In this document: positions 12,355 to 23,570 of the stretch, in pieces | How positions within the stretch are numbered: the first letter of the stretch is position 1 | How the letters are laid out: the number at the start of each line of letters is the position of its first letter | Source: Psammoneis japonica | Taxonomy: Eukaryota | DNA length: 64,000 nucleotides | Reading direction: 5' to 3' | Assembly (NCBI GenBank): GCA_008632985.1 | Contig: QPGO01000020.1 | Location: forward strand, 496,001-560,000 | Notes under the pieces: generated by a model | Databases searched by the model: none | Told to the model about the DNA's origin: nothing | What the model saw: only the letters and a program-made list of their open reading frames with translations | Made by a program: the position numbers and the translations under genes

Positions 12355-13375
12355 CGTGCATCTTTGGAAGTCGGTTGAGGTGAAATGACGATTGCCTGTC
12401 AAAGCAGTCCGTGGTTCCGACGGAGATGCACCACGATTGCCAGCAAACTCGCTTCTTGCGTGTGCGCTGAATGCTTGTAAACGTCCAATACGGCAGTGAC
12501 CCGGTGCCAACCAACGCACTTTTTAGTGCAACGGTTGTTTGAGCAGGAACTCTGTGAGGGCCAGCCTCTGCTTTCTTTTTGAATGCACGCTGAACGCCTG
12601 TGGACGTCGTGGACTAAGACGGTGTGCTTGACACCCCGAAGGGCAGCCTTTTTCGTGAAGGTTGTAAGGTGGTTCAGACCGCTTGAGTTGCTCATTGAGC
12701 ATCTCACATCTGATCCCCCATAGGTTTAATACTCCTGTGGGTCGCCGGCCCGTTTTGTCAGCTGTGTTCTCCACGTCCCACAGCGTTTGAAGATCTGTTT
12801 GTTTCGTTTGCGATTGTGACCGTCTCGCTGAGTTATACTTTATAACTCACACTCTTTTTTCAGAATTGATTTCTATCATTTTGAGCAGACGATACGAAAG
12901 GAGAAATGCTACAAGGAGAAGACATGCATTTACAGTCGCATCTAAAGTGTTGAGACGCATCGGCAAGGGTTTATTCTCGAGAGTCGGGTGTACATAAAGG
13001 GTTTTCCTCGGGCTCCTTCAAGTATCTGTCATTCGAGTCACTCGGTTTGAGACGTGATAGTGAAAGCACATCTGCCTCCAATATTTACGTAATCCACACC
13101 GTGGATGGCGTTCTTACGCAACAGGCGCGTCTCTGGCCCTTGGCGGTTGACGTGTTCCCCGAGAAGCATCCCTCTCGCGACACTCCTACGGTACAAATGA
13201 CGCGACTCCCTGAGCCTTGGTGGTTACTTTGTTTGAAACTAGGATGCCGGTAGACAATCGAGAATGCCGCCCAGTCGCTCCATCCAATTTATGTAAAAGC
13301 GGTTCTGCGTTGCGAGCAGTCGACCCGAGTGCGTTCTCCAAGACGCAGCAGTCACTTCAATCAATTTCAACAAGC
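12355..13375 (+). repeat. Dispersed repeat copy A (homologous to ~22385-23570), less decayed
   Basis: Collinear blocks gattgcctgtcaaagcag, ttgccagcaaactcgctt, gggcagcctttttc, gtttgaagatctg, cattttgagcaga, tgcctccaat, tctccaagac. Confidence 0.85.
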
Positions 13376-13894
13376 ACTCGCAGTTTCAAGCCCGCCGCCC
13401 CAAGCCCATTCACCGTGTTCGCCCTTCTTCTTGTGGCTCCTTACATAAAACAGATCGTTTTCCGAAATTGCAGAGGGCTGCGTCAGGGCTGCACCATTTG
13501 CTGAGTGCTGAAAGAAGGCACAACGAAGGAGGCGATGCGGTCGACGCAGCGAAGCACCACCTCCCTCGTTTGAGTCATCAACGCGCTTTGGGTCCACCCA
13601 AATGGCCCTGAAACAATCCCTCATGCAGCAACTTGATGGGCAAGCAATGTCACATTCCCTTTTTGCACTTCGGACACTGGACCGATTAAAATGCATCTTT
13701 TAGCTGGCAAGCATCTCAAACGGTTTAACGCACTCGCAAGAATCCCAATTCTAGGTGCCACAGAGAGAAGTGGCATTGACACCACATGCCAGCAAAGGCT
13801 TTGGCTCTTTCATGGTCTGAAACAAGAAAAAATGCCGTGTTGTGAGAGACATGTGCAAACAGTCGCCAGAAAGCAAACGAGTCAGATTGAGTTC

Positions 13895-15882
13895 CTAACT
13901 GCGCACCTGGAATGCGGTGATCCATGCCTGCTCCCATGGCGTTCTGGTCAAACATCCTCTGCTCATCCTCTTCGCTCATCTCAATCGGAATTTCCGTCAC
14001 CAGGCACTCAGTCGTGAGAACCAATCCAGCGACACTGGCCGAGTTTTCAATGGCGTTAACAGCCACCTTGGCTGGGTCAATGACACCTCTCTCCATCAAG
14101 TCGCAGCATTCCAGGGTGGCAGCATCCCAGCCCCAACCAAACTTCAAGAACAGAGGACAACGAGAAGATTCCGTGAGGATGCATGACAACAACACTGGGG
14201 CAGCAGGATGCAAAGACAACTTGCTCCCTTTTCTTCCATGAGAGCTTGAATCTTGGCTAGAACCACGGCTCCTTCGACACCTACATTCTCTGCAACTTGC
14301 ATGGCAGGAGCCGACAATGCCTTGATGAGAATGGGAGCACCTTGCTTTTCATCGTCGCTGTCCATTGCTTCAATGCTCTTGTCACCCACAACGTTTTGGG
14401 GATGCACAAGGCACGATCCTCCGCCGGGTAAAATTCCCATTTCTCAGCACTGTCGACCAAGTTGAGGGCATCCTCGTGACGGAGCTTCTTGTCCTTCAGC
14501 TTGGTTTCGGTGGCGGCGCCCACTTTGATTCGTGCAATGCCACCGCCTAAGGCAGCGATGCGCTCTGGACACTTTTCACGATCAAAATCCGTGTCCACCA
14601 CTTCGGAATCCTTTCGAAGCTGCAGGACATTGCATTGATGGATTCTTCCTGTTTGCTGTCCGCAACAATCGCAGTGAGTTCCGTGGCTGTTCCCAACACG
14701 TCAATTGTGACAGAGTCAAGCGTGACGCCAACTTCTTCTGCAACAAAGGTGGCACCTGTGGCGAACGCAATGTCTTGTGTGTGCTCCCTTGCCTGTTTCT
14801 TAATCTGGGAGCCTCAATGGCAACCACGTCCAACACTCCTTGCATCTTGTTGACATTGAGAGCAGAGAGGGCTTCACCCGTTACGTCTTTCGCAACATCA
14901 AGATGGGGTCCTTGGTCTTGACCAATTGTTCCAAGAGGGGGACGACGTCAAGGACATTTTCAATCTTGGAGTCCGTGGCCAAGGCACGAGGATTGACCAA
15001 TTCTGCTGCTTGACGTTGTGGGCTTAAAGTGCACGGAGAAATGTGTCCGCTGTCAATGGTGAGGCCCTCAGTGAATTCAATTTCGTCCACCAGAGTCTGA
15101 GACTCTTCCACCACGGTAGATCCATCCTCTCCAACCTTGTCAGCAGCCTGAGCAATGATGCGACCCATGTCAACCGATCCAGAAGCAATGGTGACAATGT
15201 TCCTCAAATCGCTGATGCCAGTCACATCCTTCACAGAGGTTGCAATTCACGTGAAAAAGATGAATTGGGCATGCAGCACAAACACGATGCGGCACACAGT
15301 CGAAAGACGAGTGATGTTAAAATGCAAGAATGGCACAGTGCACAAAAGTTGCCGTGCCTGTGCCAACTCCTTGATTTCGTCCGAAACGATCCTCGTTTCC
15401 TTGCGAACACCTGTGTTGAGTGCGACGAGGTTGACTCCTGACGTGGCAGATCTCATGCCGTCATTGACAATGGCCTGTGTCATGATTGTCGATGTGGTGG
15501 TTTCATCGCCCGCCTTGCTGTCACTCTTGGATGCCACTTCTTGAGTGAGTCTCGCTCCAACATTCTGCCCGTGGTCTTTTAAGGGAAATCTCTCGCGCAA
15601 TCGTGACGCCATTGTTGACAACTTCGGGAGCTCCACAGTTGCAATCCAACACCACGTTGCGACCCTTGGGACCGAGAGTCACCTTGACAGCATTGGCAAC
15701 GGCGTCAATGCCGTCGACGAGGGCTTTGTGCGATTCTTCACGAAAGGTCACCTTCTTGACGTGAAGCGAGGTGTCAAAGGCAACAGGAGGTGTTTTGATG
15801 CGCGAGAGACAAACGCACTTGTGGACGACGACTGTGTCCGCACAATGGCCACCAACAGCGAAACGGCAATGGAAAATCTCAT
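13895..15882 (-). pseudogene. cpn60: Plastid-targeted chaperonin 60 (GroEL family) pseudogene with two introns, TpA-depleted
   Basis: Presequence [14 protein letters not shown]...[75 protein letters not shown]; many frameshifts. Confidence 0.93.
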
Positions 15883-16354
15883 GGTGTGATGGTCGTAAAG
15901 CGTGGCTTTCAACACACACTTAAACACCTGTTGTTTCACACAAGCATCGCGCAAAGTCAAATGCCGACTGTCAGCCAGTCACGTGCGTCCCTCAACGCAT
16001 TTTGGTTTGAAGCTCGTGGACAGCGGAAGACAAGTTGAGAAGCTCTAGATCCTTTTCCTTCCAGTTCGCCAGTCCCCACTGACAAGGAGCTTCTCCTTCT
16101 CGACGCGCCATGGTGTCATTCATGCAGAGTTCCACCGACTTGACAGAATCATCGAGATCGGTCGTCTCAACTGCAACACCAAGATTTGTCGAGACAAGGC
16201 TGAAACGGACGCCAAGAGGTCCCTCGGTTTGTTTGGGAGTGGGTGGAGGAGTGGGACCTGGCACAGGCCGCGGGGTCGGAATGGTGGGAGAAGCTGGTTT
16301 GGGTGTTAGACTACGTGGTCCAGTGCTTTATGATGAATTTAACTTTCGGCGAAG

Positions 16355-16520
16355 ACTGCACTTGTCAATTGATGTTTTGGCGATTTTGTCGCACGTACGA
16401 TCGGATGCGACAAATTTTGTCGGACGTGCGACAAATTTTGTCGCATCCGACAAACCCCGACAAACCCCGACAATGTACGACAAACGCCGACAAGAGCCGA
16501 CAAACGCCGACAGACGGACG
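16355..16520 (+). repeat. Left terminal/subterminal inverted repeat with palindromes (cgacaaattttgtcg) and ~10-bp cgacaaa repeats
   Basis: Read directly; reverse complement of ~22000-22220. Confidence 0.75.
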
Positions 16521-16778
16521 TTTGCGACACTGTCTCCACGAGATTCGCCCAGAGTGCGGCAGAGAGCTAGAGGCCCCAGCTGCCTGCTGATAAAAGGCAC
16601 AGCACAGCAGCGCACACCGGCACATTCCGCTCCACTGTGTAGAAGCGTGCGATGTTGTCCCGGTGTTGACGAGAGTGTGACATTCGGGGACATGGAACAA
16701 CAATGCAAAATTTCGAAATCAAAAAAATCTCATGCTCACACACTGCATGCAAATCAATCGTCTCGCATCTTCTGTTGT

Positions 16779-17741
16779 CCAAACATCACAGAGCTCCGAT
16801 CCGTGCTCCATTTGGTGCTGGACAGCAACGCAAACCGCTTCAAATGCCCAGGGATGCTTCCAAACTGCATGACGGAATCTGTCTCGTAACACTGCAAAGT
16901 TTTTAAGCCGTCCATTGAATGACTCATGCCGACAGCGAGCTCGGCTCTTGAAGTTCTTTAGCATCGGGGGATCAATGGAGCTTGGCAGCGCAATCTTCCT
17001 GCCCGAGCACCCCCCGTCAGCAATGGCACACTTCCCAACTGGGATTTTGTCTCGGAGCGCTTGGTTGAGGTTCCCGAAGGAGCTCTTCGCGAAGTCGCCT
17101 GTCGTGCTCATCCTCCTCACCCGTGAAAATTGTGAGATCATTTTTTCCACCTCTGAAGGGACCGGCAATCCACACACAGTTTGAAGAGTGGGTGTGGATT
17201 CCAATCTCGCCTTGAGAGCAGGACCATTGAATTTGTGAGACCAGTGCCGTCTGTCTTTGTTGAGCCGCGGATGCTTTTTCTCCCAAATCGGAAAGTCGGT
17301 CGTGTCCTCCGTAATTGCAAGCATTTCCGCATCTGGATCATCAATTGACGGAAGCCAAACGATTTTTTGAGCTTTCAATGCTGCGATTCGGCGAATCCAT
17401 TTCCACACATGCTCTCCCCGGGAGTGTCGCTCACAAACTCCAAAGCGCTTTGAAGCAATCTTGGCATTCTTTGGGCAAGTGAAAAGAAAGCAGTGCCCGA
17501 TCATAAACATCTTGAAGCCATTCTCTGACACCTCTTGTTCCTCGGGTCTTGCTGCATTGTTGTTTGTGCTGCATGGATCACGCCAGACATTGGCCACAAC
17601 ATCTGGGTTAGAGCCATGATGAGCCTTGAAGATTTCTCGGCTGGTCTTCAAATGCTTGGCGTCGGTGATGCTGTTGTCAAAATCGATGCGGAGGTGCTTC
17701 ATTCCACGCGTGAGCACATCACTCGCAGTGAGATTGTTCAT
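16779..17741 (-). pseudogene. Harbinger/ISL2EU-type DDE transposase, frameshifted and hypermutated
   Basis: DTTDFPIWE, WSHKFNGPALK, CVWIAGPFRGGKNDLTIF (other frame), IADGGC, RARCRHESFNGRLKNF..L.DRFRH, AFEAVCV.VQHQME. Confidence 0.88.
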
Positions 17742-18354
17742 TTTTGGTTGGAGATCCAGTTGGATGACATTGTGAGATGATTCAAGTGTGCTCCTTGTGT
17801 GATCTGGCAAAATCATCGCTGAAGAGGACTCGCTTGTGTGCATGTGCTTGGACTCGCCAGTGCACTTGCATGCGTTAAAACGGCAGAGCTTCACTTTTTT
17901 GCTTTCAAACTTTCGTGGGAAGTCCAACAATGTCCCAACTCGCATTCCCACAATTGGGAAAAAAGCATCATGATGGATTGTCAGGAGGGTGATCGAATTA
18001 AAGTGTCAAAAGGGAAGTTTGAGAACAAGCTCGCAACCTGCACCAAGGTTTGTCCGCAGGCGTTGCCACTCAGGTTCGATGACAGGTCGTCACCTGACGA
18101 CACGTTCTCAAGCGTCAGCTCGTTCATTTGGACGAGAATGAAGAGCTCCAGGGTCTTCTCGATCAAATCAAGCAGCTTGGCATTTATGACAGAGGGGAAC
18201 AATTCAAACAGGACGTTACACACATTTGTTTGGGCGACAGACGACGACGAGCGACAAGGAAGAGCAAGGACTGGATGCGAGGAGTGACAAGGAAGAACGA
18301 GGAATGTGTGAGGAAGAACAAGGAACAGGAGCAGGTGATAAAGAGTGGTGTGTT

Positions 18355-18470
18355 CTGCTGCTGCTGCTGCTGCCAGCACTGCTGCCACTTGCGAGCACTC
18401 AAGGAACAGAACTGCTGCCACCACTGCTGCAACTGCCTGCTGCCACTGCCACTGCTGCCACCACTGCTTG
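18355..18470 (+). repeat. Mixed CTG/CCA trinucleotide tract (inferred ex-(CTA)n)
   Basis: ctgctgctgctgctgccagcactgctgcca...ctgctgccaccactgctg...ctgccactgccactgctgccaccactg. Confidence 0.8.
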
Positions 18471-18504
18471 CGGCACGGTGCAATGCCAATCAAGAAGCAC
18501 CGGG

Positions 18505-19658
18505 CTAAAACTGAACATTCGCGTTGGAGACCTGAATGTTGCTGGCACCCGCGGCCTTGGTGCCTCCTTCTTCGGCAATCAACCACCACTTGACGCATCC
18601 AGTAATGTCCTGCTTGATGCCTGCAGTTGCCTCTGTCCATTTAAGAAAGACTTCCTGGCCCCTGACGTTGGGTTTCGTCTGAGAAGATGCGTTGACCAGC
18701 TTGGTGCCACGTGGGAAAACCAACATCCAGCATTCACAGGGGTCTTGAGCGGATGCCTTGAGATTCGCATTGAGGTGAGCCTCCTTCGCGACGTCCTTTT
18801 GTGGCGGTGGTGGCAGAGTCTGCTTTTTGTTGGTTCCATCGTTCATCTTGTCATGAATTTGTTCAATGTCCTTGAGCTCAGAGCTCACAGCCGGCCCCTT
18901 GATGCATGCAACACGGCCATGAACACTCGACGGCACAGAATCCGCTCCTGGAATGAAAGCAACCCACTCGTTTCTGTCGAGAACAGAAACAACACGACGA
19001 ATCTCGAATCCCGACCTGTTGAAGGACTGGTGCGTGATCTTGTCAATGTGGACAACTTGAAAGCCACCGAGCCTGCAGTTGTCGAGACCCACAGGAACCC
19101 AATGGGGGTTTTCCAAAGAACCCAAATCAGTTTGAGCAATGAGGTTATCAACAATGGATGCTGACTTCGAGGGAGTCGTCAACACACGGCTGGCGCGACG
19201 AGGGGTCAAGCCAGCCATGCGCGACACATGAGCCACTCGAGGTGGAGACCACAACACGTCATCGTCGTCGTCATCATCACCCAAGTCCACCAATGAAATG
19301 CTGTCAACCATTTCATGAAGCTTCCTCGACTTTGTCCTCAGCTTTATGGTTGGCCTCCTCGGCCTCCTCGGCCTCCTTCATCAAGTGTTCCTCGAGCCTT
19401 GGAGGGTGTCGGCAGCTGGCTCCACCTCACACTTGTGCAACAGTTCGATGTAGGAGGTGATCTTGGACTTCTTGAAGTTGTCACTTGTTTCTGAAACCAA
19501 CGGTGTTTCTTCACATTGCCGTCCATTCATCCTCCTTTTCCGTAGAAACGAGGGTTCGAATCACAAATGTCCTTGAGTTTGGCTGCAAAGAGCCCGCCAT
19601 CGTGCTCAAGGTCCTGGACCAACTGCGCCCATTTCACGTTTTTCTTGACTTCCTCCAT
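18505..19658 (-). pseudogene. Frameshifted accessory ORF inside the transposon, function unknown
   Basis: Protein-like segments in consecutive frames (MEEVKKNVKWAQLVQDLE...; 268-aa ORF 18505..19311 with no Tyr). Confidence 0.45.
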
Positions 19659-20088
19659 GATTTTACATGAGCTGAGTGAAAGTGTAACATGACAAAAGAC
19701 CGTTGTGGCGTTTTGGGATTGATGTCGTTGGGTTTTTGAACTTAATGTCGTTGGGTTTTTGAACTGCGCAAAGAGAGAAATCATTCGCGGAAGAAAAATT
19801 CCAAGAATTTGAAGTTTCACTCCAAACGAAATTTGAAATTTTGAAATGTTAAAGTGCCCGTGTGAAGATTCACATTGAAATCATGGAAAGTTCTTAAAAA
19901 CCGACCAGGATTGGATTTGTAAAAATTTCAATGTCGTTGCGTCTGCACTGTCAGATTTGAATTGACCCCCACAGCGATCGACCGCAGCTGGGGTCTGCTA
20001 GCGAGAGCTGCTCCGTCCCAATCCGTTGCGACTCATGACTCACTCACAATGTCGTGCGCATGGCACAGGGCCTAATTTGTCTGCAACG

Positions 20089-20722
20089 ATGCCGAAACCA
20101 AAGAATTCTGAGTGTGTTGACTGGACAACTAGTGAGGCAAAGATGGTGCTATATGCCGATTTGCAGAGTGGCAGGTTGTCACTGAACGAGAGCGAAGTGA
20201 CGGCCGAAGAAGCATGGGAGCGTACAGAAACCATGCTGCATTCAAAGGCATCGTCATCTTTGAACAATTCAACCTGCGCCTGCGAGATCATCGTAAACAA
20301 ATTCTGTTGAAGAGAGAGAAATCGAATGATCAAATGAAGGCATTGATCCATGATCGACGGCTCTGTCCAAGGAAGGACGTGAACAACCGTGGCGAGCCGG
20401 TGTGGGACATTTCACCAGCAAAAGAACTCCTCAAACAAGACCTCTTGCAGAAGAAGCACTTGCACATGACACCATCCGAGCTTCGCGCCTCAAGACCAGA
20501 ATTCAAATCTTCTGCAAGACAAAGTTCAAGGAGCACATCCATCAAGCAGTCCGCAAGGAGAAATTCATAAACTGCCTGGAGCAAGTCCGCAAGAAGAAGG
20601 AGGAGAAGGCAAAACAAGACAAAGAGAAAGCAATGCAAGCGAGGATAGAGCTGCAGAGAAAGAAGGAAGAAGCTCGAGCAAAAGAGGAAGCAGAAAGAAA
20701 CGGCAAACGCAGATGCAACTAA
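20089..20722 (+). pseudogene. Frameshifted accessory ORF inside the transposon with an internal two-fold W..S.AK..L..DL motif
   Basis: DWTTSEAKMVLYADLQSG... and VWDISPAKELLKQDLLQK..MTPSELRASRPEF..FKEHIHQAVRKEKF across three frames. Confidence 0.5.
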
Positions 20723-20910
20723 AAGCAGCAGCATTGCCGCAGCAGCAGCAGTGGCAGTGGTGGCAGCAGCAGTGGCAGCAGCAGCAGCATCCATTCATTA
20801 GTTCTACAGTGGCAGCAGCAGCAGCACTAGAGCATTCTTTCCATTCCTTGTGGCAGCAGCAGCAGTGCAGCAGCGAGGAGCTCCTGGCAGCAGCAGAGGC
20901 AGCAGCAGTG
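20722..20910 (+). repeat. Mixed CAG/TGG trinucleotide tract (inferred ex-(TAG)n)
   Basis: cagcagcagcagtggcagtggtggcagcagcagtggcagcagcagcag. Confidence 0.85.
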
Positions 20911-21457
20911 GTCAAACTAAAAAGAGCACTTGCAGACAAGGCAGAAGCAGAGATTCTACAACAGTTAAGAAGTGGAGATTCTACAATGCCAAATTGTCAG
21001 TTCTGCTGCCAGACAAACAGTTGCAGTGCCGAAGACGACAAGTTGCCAACGGGAACGCCGTGCCCCCCCCCCTGGCTCTTTCAAGACAATTGTGACACCA
21101 TTGCTGCATCTCATTTCCCTCAAATGCAGCAACAGCACCACATCCCAAAGGCACCATAGAGTGTGCGAAGTGCAATGCTTTTGTCTTGGACAAACAAAAT
21201 GTCGCCAGAAACCACAGGAGGGAAGCACCCGTCACTGTCCCCATGAGAGTCGCAAGTTTCGAGGTGGAAAATCATTCCACCATCGCCCATCATAGTCTCC
21301 CCATCCCAGTCCATGCAAGGAAGAGCAGAGAGAATTCTGGGACTGCTGGCGAGCAAATCACCAAGCGAACATGCAATCAACACCACTGATGGGCAAACCA
21401 ACTCGGGAAATGACATGGGATCCCCAAACCGCACGTTCAATTCGTCCAACAGAAGTG

Positions 21458-21916
21458 TCAAACAGGAGCTGCGCAGCTCAACTGCTGAGCTGATGATTGA
21501 GCTTGGAACCCAATCTTCAAATGTGGTGTCACCGTCAGCGGCACGCATTGATAGAAATGGCAGAAATGCTCGGGATGGAGGAACGGCAGTCCGTTGTCGA
21601 TGAGCTGGTTAAATTCGCCAGTGTTGGCATGGAAACTCCGCATGAGGTCACACATGTCTTCAAGCAAGGAAAGGACCTCCATCCATCGCTTGATCATCAG
21701 TTTTTTTCCCACGCCAATGTTGTCTCGGAGATGCGGTCGGGTGCTTGCAAGGCGTTTCCACGCAACATGTGTTTCTCGACCAAGGCACCAGCGCACAGCC
21801 TCGAAACGCCCCAGACTCTTGACATCAAGGAATGTCAAGATGTGATCTTGCAGCATGCTGTTGTGGATGAAATGTTGGAGACCGCCGAGAGCGGCATGAT
21901 CGTCGCTTTGCATCAT
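21458..21916 (-). pseudogene. Possible F-box-like gene fragment carried within the transposon
   Basis: LQDHILTFLDVKSLGRFEAV....W resembles the F-box pattern (I.sFL....L.r...V.k.W). Confidence 0.35.
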
Positions 21917-21999
21917 CGTGCAAAAGAGACACAGTGTCAACGGAGACGTTGGCGGTTGCTGTGGCGTGTGCAGTGGGGGGGGTGGGTGTTTCGTTCGTG

Positions 22000-22220
22000 A
22001 GTCGTCGTGTCGTGACGTGACGTGACGTGTCGTGACGTGTCGTGTCGTGTCTTGTCGTGTCGTGTCGTGTCGTGTCTTGTCGTGTCTTGTCGTGTCTTGT
22101 CGGATGCGACAAAAATTTGTCGTATCCGACAAATTTTGTCGGATGAATTTTCGTCGATGACATCGATCGCCAAATTCTGTCAATTGCCCCACTTGTTGAA
22201 ACGACATCGCCAAAGTGCAG
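22000..22220 (-). repeat. Right terminal/subterminal inverted repeat: (gtcgt/gacgt/gtctt)n pentamer array plus cgacaaattttgtcg palindromes
   Basis: Read directly; mirrors 16355-16520. Confidence 0.75.
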
Positions 22221-22384
22221 GTTGGTTGTTAATGACATTGATCATTTTGTGACTTAGTTGAACAATGTTTCTGTCCCGTTTATCGCCAACCCGGACATTT
22301 TGTCGCAATTCGCGTCTTTTCGTGACAAATCATCAATTCATTTAAGAAATTGTCGCCAAATGCGACAAAATGCCGTGTGTCCCT

Positions 22385-23570
22385 GCGCATGTCTTTGGAA
22401 GCTGCCGCTGGTTGTTTGCCAGAGGTGAAATGCTGATGTGATGATTGCCTGTCAAAGCAGCCCGTGGCTCCGTCGGGGACACGCCACAATGTTGCCAGCA
22501 AACTCGCTTTGTGCATGTGCATGGAGTGCTTTTGCAGGTCCAACCATGGAGTGGCATCATGCATCACAGACATCGCCGCCCAGCCAACGCACTTTTTGAG
22601 TGCTTGTGCTGTTTGGGTGCTCTGGAGAGCCCCCCAGCTGCTGCATTTTTTGAAATGCATGCTGAGCACCTGCTGACATCCAAGACCAAGATGGTGTGCA
22701 TGACAGAGGGCAGCCTTTTTCATGAAGGGTTGTGAGGCAGCTCAGATCGCCACTTCAGTTGCTCTTTGAGCACTCTTTGAGCACTCTCTTTGAGCACCTT
22801 GCACACTCACACATCTGAGCTCCCAAGGCCTTCAATGAGCTGCATTCTCCATGCCCCACAGTGTTTGAAGATCTGCTTTGTTGCACTGGGGTTGCTGTGA
22901 TGGCCATCTTCTTGCTGAGTTGCCACACTTGACAGCTCGCGCTTTTTTCAGAGTTGACTTCCATTGTCATTTTGAGCAGATGCAAGACATGAACAGAAAA
23001 ATGCAACAGAGAGAAGCCATGATTCTGCAGTCATGTGTGCAGTTGCTGGTGATGTTGACAGGGCAGCAGCACTCTCACAGCTCTTGCCAATGTTGTGTGC
23101 AAAAAAGTGCAAAAAATGCCGAGTCAGATCAGCAAGGGTTTTGAGGCATGATGCAAAAAAAAAGCACGTGTGCCTCCAATCTTCATCCAGTCCAAACCAA
23201 AGCAGCAGACAATGATTTTGCACAACAGGCGTGTTTCTGCATTCAGTGTGATCAACCAGGCTTCTCTTCAAAGCTGCTCCAAGCATCTGACTCTCAGTGG
23301 AAGTGAGTCAACCTGCAAACTTCTTGTGATGCTCCTGCTCAAATGGCACACCGTGAGCTGTTTTTGGTTGCTCCACTTGATGTGCTTGCCAAGGAACATG
23401 AGAGTGGCCAGCAAATGCTCTTTTGCACAACTCAAGGGATTCTTCAAACTCTGATGGCTGGCCCATTGTATTAAAGTGATGGTGGCCGGCACACTGCTTT
23501 GCAGCAGTTTGACCCAAGAAGACAGCACTCTCCAAGACACGGCAGCCACTGCAGCCAATTGCAACACTTG
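22385..23570 (+). repeat. Dispersed repeat copy B (homologous to ~12355-13375), heavily depleted of both TpA and CpG
   Basis: Collinear shared blocks with copy A. Confidence 0.85.

Larger units (their letters stand above)
16355..22220. mobile_element. PIF/Harbinger-like DNA transposon (~5.9 kb) with long imperfect inverted ends and extra ORFs, TpA-depleted
   Basis: DDE_Tnp_4-type transposase inside; left end caattga..tttggcgat..cgacaaattttgtcgcatccgacaa is mirrored at 22100-22190; exact termini and TSD not resolved. Confidence 0.75.

Noticed and set aside
20713..21159. PolyQ/polyA protein ORFs
   Set aside because: Translations of the CAG/TGG tract, not a real gene
22000..22110. Regular short repeats resembling a CRISPR or telomeric array
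   Set aside because: Pentamer simple repeat without spacers; it mirrors the left end of the transposon; eukaryotic context
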